Assembly (NCBI GenBank): GCA_020049775.1
Contig: JAGVLO010000006.1
Location: forward strand, 2,666 to 66,665
Reading direction: 5' to 3'
Origin: Alphaproteobacteria bacterium
Lineage (GTDB): Bacteria; Pseudomonadota; Alphaproteobacteria; Rickettsiales; SXRF01
DNA length: 64,000 nucleotides
The notes below the pieces were generated by a model. The model did not search any database. It was given only the letters and a program-made list of their open reading frames with translations, and was not told the DNA's origin. Positions 17,663 through 27,111 of this stretch are shown here, piece by piece. The first letter of the stretch is position 1, and every line of letters starts with the position of its first letter. Both the position numbers and the translations under genes were made by a program.

Positions 17663-19024
17663 ATGTGCGCTGCATTTACTACCAAACCAAATATTTATGT
17701 GCCGGGCTTGCCAGACTTAAGCTCGGACGATTTTGACTTGTATAAAAAAATACACGAAACGCGTATCGATCTCACACAGCAGGTGGTTGACGCGGGAATG
17801 CGATTGTCCAGTATTGACCGCACTGATTCATGGCTGAAGAATATGCTCCATAATGCCGCAAGTGCAGATGCGTTCTTATTTCCGCCGCTGACATCGATGC
17901 CGGAAAAGCATCCGCATTTTAAAGCGGAGGCGGCGCAGCGGTGGTTTGAATTTTTTTCTATCACAACAGGCGTGCATATAGGCACCCACGAAAAATATGG
18001 CAAAGACGGTTTTTCCAAGCCATGCGTAATGATGGATCCTGACGGGCAGTGGGCTTCGACCGTTGATCTTCTCAGGGATCTGCATGCCAAAGGCATGTTT
18101 ACGTCAGATGTTGAAGACATCGTGCAGCTTGTTCCGGACGCGGACAAGCTCACTTATCACGAAATGAATCAAAAGGCTGTTGAAATGCTTGGCCGCGCTA
18201 TTGCTGACGAGAAAGCCGGCAAAGCCAGAAAAACTGTGCCAAAAAAATATCCTGAAGACCGTGTCTTTGAGCCGTTTAGGAAAGATGACCCCAATGATAA
18301 AACCCGCCTGCGGCATCCGTTCGGCATTGCCTTTTTTGGTTCTGCCAGCACAACGGAAGAGTCCTATATAAAGGCCTCATCTGATTTGGCAAGGATGGCA
18401 GGGGAACGCGGCTGGCGTATGAGCAGCGGCGCAGGCAACGAAGGTGTTATGGGTGCGGCTGACCGTGGATACAGGGAAGGCGCAGCGGAATTCAACCGGC
18501 GCTATCCGCGTGCTACTTACAAACCGGGGCATATCGGTGTCAGCACGCAGGACATTTTGCGTATTGAAGGGCCTCCTGAGAATTTGGATCAACTGATTAT
18601 TACCGATGATATTTATGACCGCATCAAGGTTATGATCAAGGGGCAGCTCTCGGAAGATCCCAGATCCCGTACCCGTGATACCAGTAAAGTTATTTTTGTT
18701 GCGCCCGGTGGCGTTGGCACGGTGCAGGAATTTGCCACGCTTATGGATCTGGCTTTTAACGGCAGCATGATGGAAGGAAGAAAAGTGGTGCTGCTGGATG
18801 TTCCAAGCCACCTCAATTCCAAGGAGGGTTTTTGGGATCCGCTCATAAAAATTGCGGAGAAACTAAATTTCCGCAATCATTTCGAGGTCGCCAATTCTCC
18901 GGAAGAAGCCATACAAATTGCAGATAACCATTATCTCGAATGGCAGAAAACGCATCCTGAATTCAGGAACCTTCCGCACCCTGTCCTCAACCGGAATCCG
19001 GCAGCGGTCACGCGGGCGAGTTAG
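17663..19024 (+). CDS. LOG-family (TIGR00730-like, 'lysine decarboxylase-like') protein with a ~230-aa N-terminal extension of unknown function.
   Basis: C-terminal half: FGSASTTEES..., SSGAGNEGVMGAADRG and PGGVGTVQE (the PGGxGTxxE LOG motif). Start could be TTG 17645 or ATG 17663. Confidence 0.65.
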   Translation: MCAAFTTKPNIYVPGLPDLSSDDFDLYKKIHETRIDLTQQVVDAGMRLSSIDRTDSWLKNMLHNAASADAFLFPPLTSMPEKHPHFKAEAAQRWFEFFSITTGVHIGTHEKYGKDGFSKPCVMMDPDGQWASTVDLLRDLHAKGMFTSDVEDIVQLVPDADKLTYHEMNQKAVEMLGRAIADEKAGKARKTVPKKYPEDRVFEPFRKDDPNDKTRLRHPFGIAFFGSASTTEESYIKASSDLARMAGERGWRMSSGAGNEGVMGAADRGYREGAAEFNRRYPRATYKPGHIGVSTQDILRIEGPPENLDQLIITDDIYDRIKVMIKGQLSEDPRSRTRDTSKVIFVAPGGVGTVQEFATLMDLAFNGSMMEGRKVVLLDVPSHLNSKEGFWDPLIKIAEKLNFRNHFEVANSPEEAIQIADNHYLEWQKTHPEFRNLPHPVLNRNPAAVTRAS

Positions 19025-19029
19025 AAAAA

Positions 19030-20547
19030 CTAGCCACGGCCTTTTTTTTCATCCGGTTCATCGTGTTTTATTTTTACTGTCCATTCATCAGCGGGAATGT
19101 TTGCAGCAAAATTCTGCCTGACAGTTTCATTAGGAAGGCCTGATTTAGGCGCATCGTTTTGCGCTGTGCGCAGGCTTGGTTGGCCGGGCATGCTCTTCCA
19201 GAATTCCGGATCGTGGCGTCCGTTTGACAAGCGCCTCCGTTCTAAATCTGTGCGGTAATGCGCTTCGCCGTAAGTTTTAGGTGCATCTTTACCACCATCG
19301 GCCATATCTGACAGCATCTTGACCAGCAGGCTTTGATATTCGTGGCTGAGTGTCGAAAATTCTTCCTTAGTGTGTACGAATACGGCAACCCTGCCTTCCG
19401 GTGCATCAGGCGCGTCTTTAAAATCCCGCATCATGGCGATTAGCCCACCACCTTCACAACCCGTTGCATCAATCGCGAATCTACAGTCGCTATATTTGAG
19501 CAATATTTTCTTGAGATCATCTGTCTTGAGCCAGGCATCGTCATAGCCAAGCAGCCCTTTCTTGGCATCACCATGCGTCAGGAAATTGAGGTAAAAATCC
19601 CGTACGCCTTGCCGGTGTAGCGCCGCAATCTGTTTTTCAACCAGCTGATCATTGTTTTCAAAAGGGGTTGCCGCAAACGCTGCGATGCCGTCTAAGCCAG
19701 GATTTGCAACAAGGCTTGCCACAGCACGCGGGGAAGGCAGCGCTTGCAGCTCGCTGATACGGTTTTTATCATCAGCGCACACCATGTCATAGCCGCAGCG
19801 TTTCAACAACTCAGGCAACGCCCGGGAATATTCGTAATACTGCGTGCGTGATGTTTTATCGCTCTCATCAAACCCGTTAAAGCACAGATAACCGATTGGC
19901 CGTTCTTTTGTAAGATCGAATTTCTTTTGGCTGGCCGGGTCATTTTTCTGGCTGGTGGCCCTGCTACGGGCTTCGTCCAGATGATGTTGAAGATCCTTTG
20001 CGCTGAGCTTGGAATTGCCCTCATGTACCGCTATTATTTGCGGGTCGTCTTTGTTGACGAACGTAAGCCCCCACGATGCCGCAAACCCAAAAAACCCAAA
20101 ACCTGATGGGCCGATATGCTTTATGTACCAGACATCTTCCTTATTATCTTCTCCCTTAATAACCAAAGCGTGATGGTAACCGTTTTCATCCACGGGTTTT
20201 AAAGATGCGCCGGGCATGTCCTTGGCAATCGCAGTCAGCCATTCGATATTCTTCTGGTTCAGATTTACACCCCCTTTTGTGGTGGGAGTTTTAATGAAGG
20301 CATCGCCCTGATCCGCTAGCCGTTTGATTGTTTCCGTGCCTTCTTTCGTCGGCTGGATACGCGTAAGTGTTTTTACTGGTTCTGCTTTTTCTGCTCGTGG
20401 CTCTGCTGGTTCTGCAGCAAGTTTTTTGCTGTACGGCGTAGCTGGCGGAGCAACGGACTCTCTCGGAGGCTGCGCTCCATCAGCACCGATACCCCCAAGC
20501 AAAAATCCGGCTGCGACATTTGTGATTAGTTTTCTCATAACCACCAT
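19030..20547 (-). CDS. Secreted hypothetical protein with a legumain (C13)/caspase-fold-like His-Cys dyad (tentative).
   Basis: Signal-like N-terminus MRKLITNVAAGFLLGGIGA. FLTHGDAKKG ... (about 40 aa) ... IDATGCEGGGL resembles the legumain ..GHGG.. / EACESG spacing. The likely true start is the ATG at 20538. Confidence 0.35.
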   Translation of the reverse strand: MVVMRKLITNVAAGFLLGGIGADGAQPPRESVAPPATPYSKKLAAEPAEPRAEKAEPVKTLTRIQPTKEGTETIKRLADQGDAFIKTPTTKGGVNLNQKNIEWLTAIAKDMPGASLKPVDENGYHHALVIKGEDNKEDVWYIKHIGPSGFGFFGFAASWGLTFVNKDDPQIIAVHEGNSKLSAKDLQHHLDEARSRATSQKNDPASQKKFDLTKERPIGYLCFNGFDESDKTSRTQYYEYSRALPELLKRCGYDMVCADDKNRISELQALPSPRAVASLVANPGLDGIAAFAATPFENNDQLVEKQIAALHRQGVRDFYLNFLTHGDAKKGLLGYDDAWLKTDDLKKILLKYSDCRFAIDATGCEGGGLIAMMRDFKDAPDAPEGRVAVFVHTKEEFSTLSHEYQSLLVKMLSDMADGGKDAPKTYGEAHYRTDLERRRLSNGRHDPEFWKSMPGQPSLRTAQNDAPKSGLPNETVRQNFAANIPADEWTVKIKHDEPDEKKGRG

Positions 20548-20695
20548 CCATCATTAAAGTGATGCTATAACATCAGTATAAGCACTTTCATTCAGATTGT
20601 GGATAAAATTTGATAGTCATACATGTCTCACTTCCGGCGGCGCCTGCGCGATTCAACGGGTGTAGGATTAAGCGCCTGCTAAGAAAGGTAAATAA

Positions 20696-20771
20696 TGGTG
20701 GGGGGTGAGGGACTTGAACCCACGACCAAGGCGTTATGAGCGCCCTGCTCTAACCGCTGAGCTAACCCCCC
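20696..20771 (-). tRNA. tRNA with CAU anticodon (elongator tRNA-Met or tRNA-Ile2/lysidine; not initiator-like).
   Basis: RC reads GGGGGGTTAGCTCAGCGGTTAGAGCAGGGCGCTCATAACGCCTTGGTCGTGGGTTCAAGTCCCTCACCCCCCACCA. G1-C72 is paired, the anticodon loop is CTCATAA, and there is no three-GC initiator anticodon stem. Confidence 0.85.
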
Positions 20772-21017
20772 GCGGCCTCTTTTTGGCACTAAAGAGGGGC
20801 CAAAGAGGTTAAGGAGACTGGTTATAATCGCAGTGGGCAGGCAGCACAAGTGAAGAAATAGCCTTTTAAAACATACCATTACAAAAAATAGCCCTTGGAT
20901 GGTGGCCTGCTCTCGTTTCCCCATTGATTTTAAGCGCGATTTACACTATTAAAAGCACCCTTGAATGAACAGGCCGGAAAGCGTGCGCTTATTTGGCCGG
21001 AAAAGCGGAGTAGAGTT

Positions 21018-21296
21018 ATGAAAGAAGGCATCCATCCCGATTACCATAAAATCACCGTTGTGATGACTGATGGCACGAAATATGAAACGCGCTCGACCTG
21101 GGGTAAGGAAGGCGATGTGCTGCAGCTAGACGTAGATCCGAAAACCCACCCGGCTTGGGTAGGCGGTGTCAACCTGCGTAAAACCGGCCAGCTTGAAAAA
21201 TTTGAGAACAAGTTCAAGAATTTCGGCACTGCGGCTGTTGGCGGCAAAAAGGCAGAAGGCTCTGCTGCTCCCAAGAAAAAAGAAGACAAGAAATAA
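21018..21296 (+). CDS. rpmE: 50S ribosomal protein L31 with a Lys-rich C-terminal tail.
   Basis: [50 protein letters not shown] is canonical L31. GGAG lies 7 nt upstream of ATG 21018. The TTG at 20961 in the ORF track is an unlikely start. Confidence 0.9.
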   Translation: MKEGIHPDYHKITVVMTDGTKYETRSTWGKEGDVLQLDVDPKTHPAWVGGVNLRKTGQLEKFENKFKNFGTAAVGGKKAEGSAAPKKKEDKK

Positions 21297-21318
21297 GATT
21301 TTCTTCAATACGGAAATT

Positions 21319-21348
21319 AAAAAAGGCGGGCGCTGCTCGCCTTTTTTA
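21319..21348. terminator. Bidirectional intrinsic terminator shared by the convergent rpmE and 607-aa genes.
   Basis: aaaaaa-GGCGGGC-gct-GCTCGCC-tttttt: a 7-bp stem (one G-U pair) flanked by an A-run and a T-run. Confidence 0.7.
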
Positions 21349-21359
21349 TTGTCATTATA

Positions 21360-23183
21360 TCAGCGTGTTCTTGTTGTTTCGGGCTTTTTACTATTGCCCT
21401 GTTCACTGAACTGAATGAGTAATGCCTCTCCGGTTTTGCGGCACTCCTCGTCATCTAATACAGCGCCTATGCCAAGGGCTTTGGCGAATGCACCGGCAGC
21501 AGGCTGCAGCTGGTTGAACCTACCGCTGGCTACCCAGTCGGTAATAATCCAGTGTGGAACACCTGAGCTTGCCGCCAGTTCGTGACCATCCATGCCCGAA
21601 AGTTTTACCAGTGTTTTGCGTGTCTCTTTTTTATTTATGCCTGCGCCTTGTGCAGCAAGCACTTCGGCAGGGTTGTAGGTCGAAAGTGTTCCATGTACGG
21701 CTCGTACGGTGAATTCACGCGCCTCATCACCGGATAGTCCGCAAAACTCCGCCAATTTGCGTGCATAGTGATGTTTCTTAAGCCCGGCGCCTTGTTGCAG
21801 GAAGGGGCCAAGCCGCGTGTATCCAGTTGCTTTTTCGGTGTCGGTAATGGAGCAGCCCTTTCTATCCATGACTTTTCGTATCATGTCGGTGAGCGTCATC
21901 TGCCCGCTGCGTACCTGTGCGAATAAGTTTTGCGGCGGTTCGATGCCGGTAAGCATACTGGTGGCATTTTCACGCAAAGTGGGGTCAACGCATTTCAGCT
22001 TGTTGAGGATGCATGTTGCATGCTCCTCGAAAAGCGGCAGCTGGCCAGCCTTCATTTTATATAGCATGTCGCGGCTGACATCTAGCAACTGCATTTGCTG
22101 CGCTTCTGACAGGTCGATGATGCCATGGCGGCCAAGCAAAAGATTGATAAGTTTTACCGATGGCTTTTCATCTTTTGACGCTTCTTCAAGCAATTGGTCC
22201 AGCCCTTTATCGAGCGGGCGGTTGGTCATCAGCGCCAGCATCTTTTCCACATTTTCGCTGTAGCGTTTACTTTCATCCTCGTTGCGGATGAGGTCTTTGT
22301 GGTAATTGATTTTGATAAAATCTTCCGCTGTTTTTGAGGAATCCGGTGTCATGCCATGTTTGTGCCAACCATGGATGGTGGGGTGAGGAATGCCGGTGAA
22401 ACGTGTAATCGCACTTTCCGAAATGCCTGAATATTGAAGCAGTGCATCTACCAGCTTTGATTTGTCATTGCTGCTTTGCGCGTCGGCTAGTGCTTTCTCT
22501 ATATTGATATCGCTACCGCGCGACATTTTATGCAGCATGAGTTCGGTGGCCTGTGTAAAGGCGTAGGCGTGCGCCAACATGTCAATGACGGTGGCGCGTG
22601 GCTGCGATTCGTCCGGATGTGTTGCCATATGCCGCAGATACCCGCCGGAAATATTATCTTTGCTGCTGTAATCTTTTTTGTCCTCAAGCCTGCTTTCAAG
22701 CATTTCCGCTAAGTCTTCGGCTGAGCATTGCTCCAGCTCCAGCAGGCCCGCAACGACATGGCCGAATTTCTTGCCGTCGCGGTAGCAATCCGTTACCAGT
22801 TTTGTGTAGCGCTCCTGATGCTGTGCTTCCATTTCCGCCAGCGCCGGCTCATAGGATTTGACTTCACGATGAGGAATAACGGGAAAACCAGATTCAACAG
22901 CCTGTTCATGCGCTTGCTGGCATAATGACAGGAAGCCTGCTCTATCAGCAGGGCTTATTTGCAGGAAGTGCTTGCACATCGCATTGCCAATATCACGGGT
23001 GATGGCGAGCTTTCCGTCGATGATATCGCGTAGGTACAAATCTCCGAAGGCATCCACATCGACGCCAGTCATTTCAAGCTCCATCAGGAATTCATCCATT
23101 TTTTCTGGAGGTATGCGTACATTCACCTTCTCCACTATATGGGCGGCCACGCGTATTACAGACTCGGGTGCTTGAATATCCAT
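21360..23183 (-). CDS. Hypothetical protein built from several HTH (Cro/C1-like) looking modules.
   Basis: Repeated segments of the type LSGMDGHELAASSGVPHWIITDWVASG, YSGISESAITRFTGIPHPTIHGWHKHG, KGCSITDTEKATGYTRLGPFLQQG and LLGRHGIIDLSEAQQMQLLDVSRDMLYKMKAG. No enzymatic motif seen. Confidence 0.45.
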   Translation of the reverse strand: MDIQAPESVIRVAAHIVEKVNVRIPPEKMDEFLMELEMTGVDVDAFGDLYLRDIIDGKLAITRDIGNAMCKHFLQISPADRAGFLSLCQQAHEQAVESGFPVIPHREVKSYEPALAEMEAQHQERYTKLVTDCYRDGKKFGHVVAGLLELEQCSAEDLAEMLESRLEDKKDYSSKDNISGGYLRHMATHPDESQPRATVIDMLAHAYAFTQATELMLHKMSRGSDINIEKALADAQSSNDKSKLVDALLQYSGISESAITRFTGIPHPTIHGWHKHGMTPDSSKTAEDFIKINYHKDLIRNEDESKRYSENVEKMLALMTNRPLDKGLDQLLEEASKDEKPSVKLINLLLGRHGIIDLSEAQQMQLLDVSRDMLYKMKAGQLPLFEEHATCILNKLKCVDPTLRENATSMLTGIEPPQNLFAQVRSGQMTLTDMIRKVMDRKGCSITDTEKATGYTRLGPFLQQGAGLKKHHYARKLAEFCGLSGDEAREFTVRAVHGTLSTYNPAEVLAAQGAGINKKETRKTLVKLSGMDGHELAASSGVPHWIITDWVASGRFNQLQPAAGAFAKALGIGAVLDDEECRKTGEALLIQFSEQGNSKKPETTRTR

Positions 23184-23668
23184 TACGCAACTTTATTTAC
23201 AGTAGGGTTGTATGTCATAATAATATAAAGACTTAGCATACAGAAAAGATTAAGTTTGGCAATAAACAGCCCAAATTAAAATTAATAAAAATTAATTCTG
23301 TGGGCGAAACGATACTGCGACAAGCATTAAAAAAGACGGATGCTAAAAAACAAAAAAATCCTGTGTCTAAAACATATAAGTTTTTTGCAGAGCAGCAAAA
23401 ATATCTGTTTGGTAAATAGTATTTATTCACGAAATAATTATTCCTTAACTGGAATCGTTTCTTTCCCGAATTAACTAAAATTCCTTATTTGACAAATATT
23501 AATCAGTGGACGAGTCATTCATCCTATGTTAGCAAACGAAAATCCTACTTTAATTTCCGCACATCACTTAATACGCGCATCAGACGCGTACGGTGTGCCG
23601 AGTACTCAAGACCAATTTTAGAACTATAACAGTAATAAAAACACAGAATTAAAACACTGGGGGGATTT

Positions 23669-26600
23669 ATGGCGAACAACATGGTACGCTGGTATCAGGT
23701 CATGGCATTGCTGACCGTGGGCTCGGCAGTTACAGCAGCAATAGGCAGCGACATTCCATCAAAAACTGATCGCGATAAAGCTGACAGTGAATTGCGCAGC
23801 AAGGAGCAGGATTTCAAACACAGGTCCACGGCCATTGACGATAGTGTAAAGCTACGTGCTAATCTGACCAAGAGTATCGAAGCGCTTGAAAAAACCTACG
23901 GTCCACTCGCTAAGGAAGCGGATGAAATGACTGCGCAGGCGAAGAAGCGCGTCGAGGATGCAAAAGCCTCGAGTAATCCCGATGCCATTAAATCCGCAGA
24001 GAAATTTAAGGAGCAGGCAGATGCCATGCAAATTGAACTGCAGAAAATGCAGGTGGCGCTTGAGTCACTGCAGAAGCTCAAAAAGCAAGCTGATGCACAG
24101 CATGACATGGATCAGAAGACTGTCAATCGCCTGAAGCTTGATTTGCAGAAGGCATTGCAAACCTATTTCCGCACGGCAGATCCGGCAATGATAGCGCAGC
24201 GCTACGGTGTGCCGCTGGACATCAATTTTTCATTCAATGCTACCGAGTTCATGAAGGTCACTAATGGTGGTGATCCGCAAACATGGCTGTCACGCTATGG
24301 TCTGGTTGCCGAACACACATGGGACGAACGTTTCACCTATGTGGGCAAGGATGGCCGAAAGACACTCACGCTCAAAGGCATTTCGCAGCATGAGCAGGTC
24401 ACGACACGTGATATGTATGATATGGCAACGAAGCTGATTCAGGCCAAAGTGCCTGGCATGAAAGCGCCTGTTGGCCGCTTCGGATTGACACGCAACTGGG
24501 GTCATTTCAAAAATGACCATGACCCGTATGAAGGCATATTTGGGCATCCGGTGGACGCGTTTCGTCCATCGGTGCTAAGCAATTCCACCGGTGCGTGGAG
24601 TCCGCTCAATGAGTGGGATTCGTTCCGCGAGCTAATTGACCACCACACCAAAGGTGAAGGTGCTACTACCTACAATGCGGCCAACGGCATCATCACTTAT
24701 GGTCTGCCGCCTATGGGCCGTCCGATATTGGTCAATGCCTCGGGTAACAGTGGGTATGGATTTGTGCCTGATACCACGAATATTCAGAACTTCTTCCCCA
24801 ACCATGTAAATATTGGCACGGTGACGATTCCGTTGAACACAGCAACAGGAAAACGTGATGAAAAAGCTCCGCGTGAAGTGGAAAGCTACAGCACTTCCAA
24901 TGCAGGTGTACACGGCGTAATCATGCGCCCCCGTTATGAAAAGGACGGCACGGAGATTAGTTTCCAGTATCTGAATCCAAATTTCGAACGCACGCTGGAA
25001 GAGAATTTGTGGAAACTGGCAGGCAAGACAGGTATTCCGACACCGGAACAATTAGCGGATGAAAAAGAGTATCCGCCGGAACTGGTGAAAGCAATTGCTG
25101 AAGACAAGGCAGCATTCATTCAGGTTATTTTGCGTAATGAAGGCGTGGATACCAAGGGACAAACCAAAAACCTGCGCGGCACTTCCTTTGCGTGTCCGAC
25201 AGCCGCCGGTGTTCTGATGGCTGCCCGTCTGCATTATCCGAACGCAAGTGAAGCGGAAATCACCGATGCATTCTGTTCATCCTGCGTTCCTATCGTAAAC
25301 CGCAGGGATGTGGATGCGTTTGGCCGCGATGCTGACCTGAAAGACGATGTGCCTTATATCGTTGATGCCAAGAAAGGCTATGCATACAGCCCGACCGTAG
25401 GCTTTGGTGAATTCGTGATGGATCCGGTTAACCCGACTCCGGAAAATTCTCCGAGCTGGTTTAAAATGCTTGCCCGTCTGGAAGCTATGCAGAAAGCGCG
25501 TGAAAAAATGTCCAATGCGCCTGTTACAGTTGGCCATGGCAATGATAAGCGCACTGTTAGTCTCAATGGCCAGCCCGCGCTGGTGTCACTGGAGATGAAC
25601 AAGTTTACCGAGATGGTAACCGAGGAAGACAAAAAACGTCTTTCATCTCTGGAAAAATCCATCACCGACGCATTCGAGAATGTAGATAAACTCCATAACG
25701 GTCAGGTGATGAAAGATGGGGAAATAGCCAGACAAATTAAGTCTGGCCAGTACAACAAGGCATTAGACCTGCTAAAAGAAAAGGCGTCTAAATCCATTGC
25801 TCCGTTAGATTTGCTGCCGCCTGCCGGTTTGGGTACAGCACTTGCTGTGCCGCTGGGCCAGATTGCCAAAACTGATCTCATGAGCAAGGCAGAGGCAACA
25901 GTAGCGCAGGCTGAAAAAATGAAGCAGCATACCTACCAGTTCACCGTCCTGGAAGGACAGGATTTGTGTACCACGATGTCGGCGCTTCGCCTTAAGTTCA
26001 AGGATAATAACAAGACCGACAGTTTTGTGGTTCTTGAAAGCCCTGACGGCACGCGTATTCCGATTATTATGGGTAGCTCTGCCGACTGGCGCGGTATGCC
26101 GACCGGTGTCGCTGTGGCGTCCACCCCGGGCTTCATGCGCAAATCTGCAGCGGGCAACTGGAAGCTCTATACACGCGAGGAACTTGATCCCAACGGCACG
26201 GAATTATTCTTGTATGGTACCGAGCGCAACACCAAGCTGGGTATTGTGGACGTGCGTGAAACCGTACTTAATCAGATCGAGCTGGCTGATGCCAAACAGC
26301 GTACCAATGTGCCTGCGAAGAACCTGTTGGCTATTCCAGATCCCCACAAGCATCTGCGAACAGTGAATGGCTTGGAAGGTGGCCCAAGCATGAAGCGTGA
26401 GAAAGCGACAGAAATCACGCCAAGCTCACGCCAGAAGTTCCAGGAATATTTCGAAGAGCTTATCAATACGTCGCGTACAATCGAAACCCTGAAAGAAAAA
26501 GGTATCGAAGCACCTGCCACCAATGGGCATATCGAGAAAGTTTCGCTCAATGAAGCAGGCCAGACCGACCACGCGATGGGTGTGGCTATTGCCAGTATGG

Positions 26601-26875
26601 CTTCACAGCTCAGCAACCTGCTTGCTGATGCCAGCAGGCCATCAGTGATGGATTCGCCACTGCGTGACGCATGGGGTTATCTTGCTTCGGCGGTTGCGGG
26701 TGCAGGTGAAGCAACCCCCGCGCATTCGCGCAGCAAAAAAATTCCTGAAGGGGTTGGGTATATGTCGCTGCTGAAGAACCATAAGGACGAAGTGCCGCCA
26801 TGGTGGCATGACAACCAGGTAGCACAGGTAGAAGCCTCTCGCCGTGCGATGCGCGGTGGAGGGAGAAAGGCATAA
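23669..26875 (+). CDS. Large membrane-anchored coiled-coil protein with a subtilisin-like (S8) region and a proprotein-convertase P-domain-like segment.
   Basis: N-terminal TM helix, then ~150 aa of heptad-like K/E/A/Q-rich sequence. NASGNSGYG (oxyanion-Asn-like) and GTSFACPTAAGV (the S8 Ser motif GTSxAxPxxxG) are present. Downstream FVVLESPDGTRIPII resembles the P-domain L.SP.GT motif. Asp and His motifs were not confidently located. Confidence 0.5.
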   Translation: MANNMVRWYQVMALLTVGSAVTAAIGSDIPSKTDRDKADSELRSKEQDFKHRSTAIDDSVKLRANLTKSIEALEKTYGPLAKEADEMTAQAKKRVEDAKASSNPDAIKSAEKFKEQADAMQIELQKMQVALESLQKLKKQADAQHDMDQKTVNRLKLDLQKALQTYFRTADPAMIAQRYGVPLDINFSFNATEFMKVTNGGDPQTWLSRYGLVAEHTWDERFTYVGKDGRKTLTLKGISQHEQVTTRDMYDMATKLIQAKVPGMKAPVGRFGLTRNWGHFKNDHDPYEGIFGHPVDAFRPSVLSNSTGAWSPLNEWDSFRELIDHHTKGEGATTYNAANGIITYGLPPMGRPILVNASGNSGYGFVPDTTNIQNFFPNHVNIGTVTIPLNTATGKRDEKAPREVESYSTSNAGVHGVIMRPRYEKDGTEISFQYLNPNFERTLEENLWKLAGKTGIPTPEQLADEKEYPPELVKAIAEDKAAFIQVILRNEGVDTKGQTKNLRGTSFACPTAAGVLMAARLHYPNASEAEITDAFCSSCVPIVNRRDVDAFGRDADLKDDVPYIVDAKKGYAYSPTVGFGEFVMDPVNPTPENSPSWFKMLARLEAMQKAREKMSNAPVTVGHGNDKRTVSLNGQPALVSLEMNKFTEMVTEEDKKRLSSLEKSITDAFENVDKLHNGQVMKDGEIARQIKSGQYNKALDLLKEKASKSIAPLDLLPPAGLGTALAVPLGQIAKTDLMSKAEATVAQAEKMKQHTYQFTVLEGQDLCTTMSALRLKFKDNNKTDSFVVLESPDGTRIPIIMGSSADWRGMPTGVAVASTPGFMRKSAAGNWKLYTREELDPNGTELFLYGTERNTKLGIVDVRETVLNQIELADAKQRTNVPAKNLLAIPDPHKHLRTVNGLEGGPSMKREKATEITPSSRQKFQEYFEELINTSRTIETLKEKGIEAPATNGHIEKVSLNEAGQTDHAMGVAIASMASQLSNLLADASRPSVMDSPLRDAWGYLASAVAGAGEATPAHSRSKKIPEGVGYMSLLKNHKDEVPPWWHDNQVAQVEASRRAMRGGGRKA

Positions 26876-27111
26876 CAAGGCCTATGATCCGGTGGGCGCG
26901 TACGCCTACCGGGTAGGCTTTGGCCGTCATTAAGGAATCTGCATTTCATACTGATTTTACATGCTTCTGGAAACAGCTAACTGTTCCAGATAGGGAAAAT
27001 GCTTTCGCGGTGTTTTTATCAGTTGCAATTCAGTGAAAAATGTGGATACCAGTACGGGAATTACAGCATAAGTAATCAAGTTAAATATAACAGCGGGAAC
27101 AGAGAATCATC

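Noticed and set aside
20961-21017. A TTG-initiated 19-codon N-terminal extension of rpmE. Also noted: a direct repeat GGCCGGAAA(A)GCG x2 in the rpmE leader.
   Set aside because: Canonical L31 starts at MKEGIHPDY with GGAG 7 nt upstream. The leader repeat is short (12-13 nt, imperfect), and I cannot tie it to a known L31 autoregulatory structure from sequence alone.
23184-23668. A 485-nt AT-rich intergenic region, inspected for ncRNA, small ORFs or repeats.
   Set aside because: I saw only short low-complexity A/T tracts and weak repeats (ATTCCTTA x2). There is no convincing structured RNA, terminator or coding signal. It is most simply a divergent promoter region of horizontally acquired, possibly silenced, genes.
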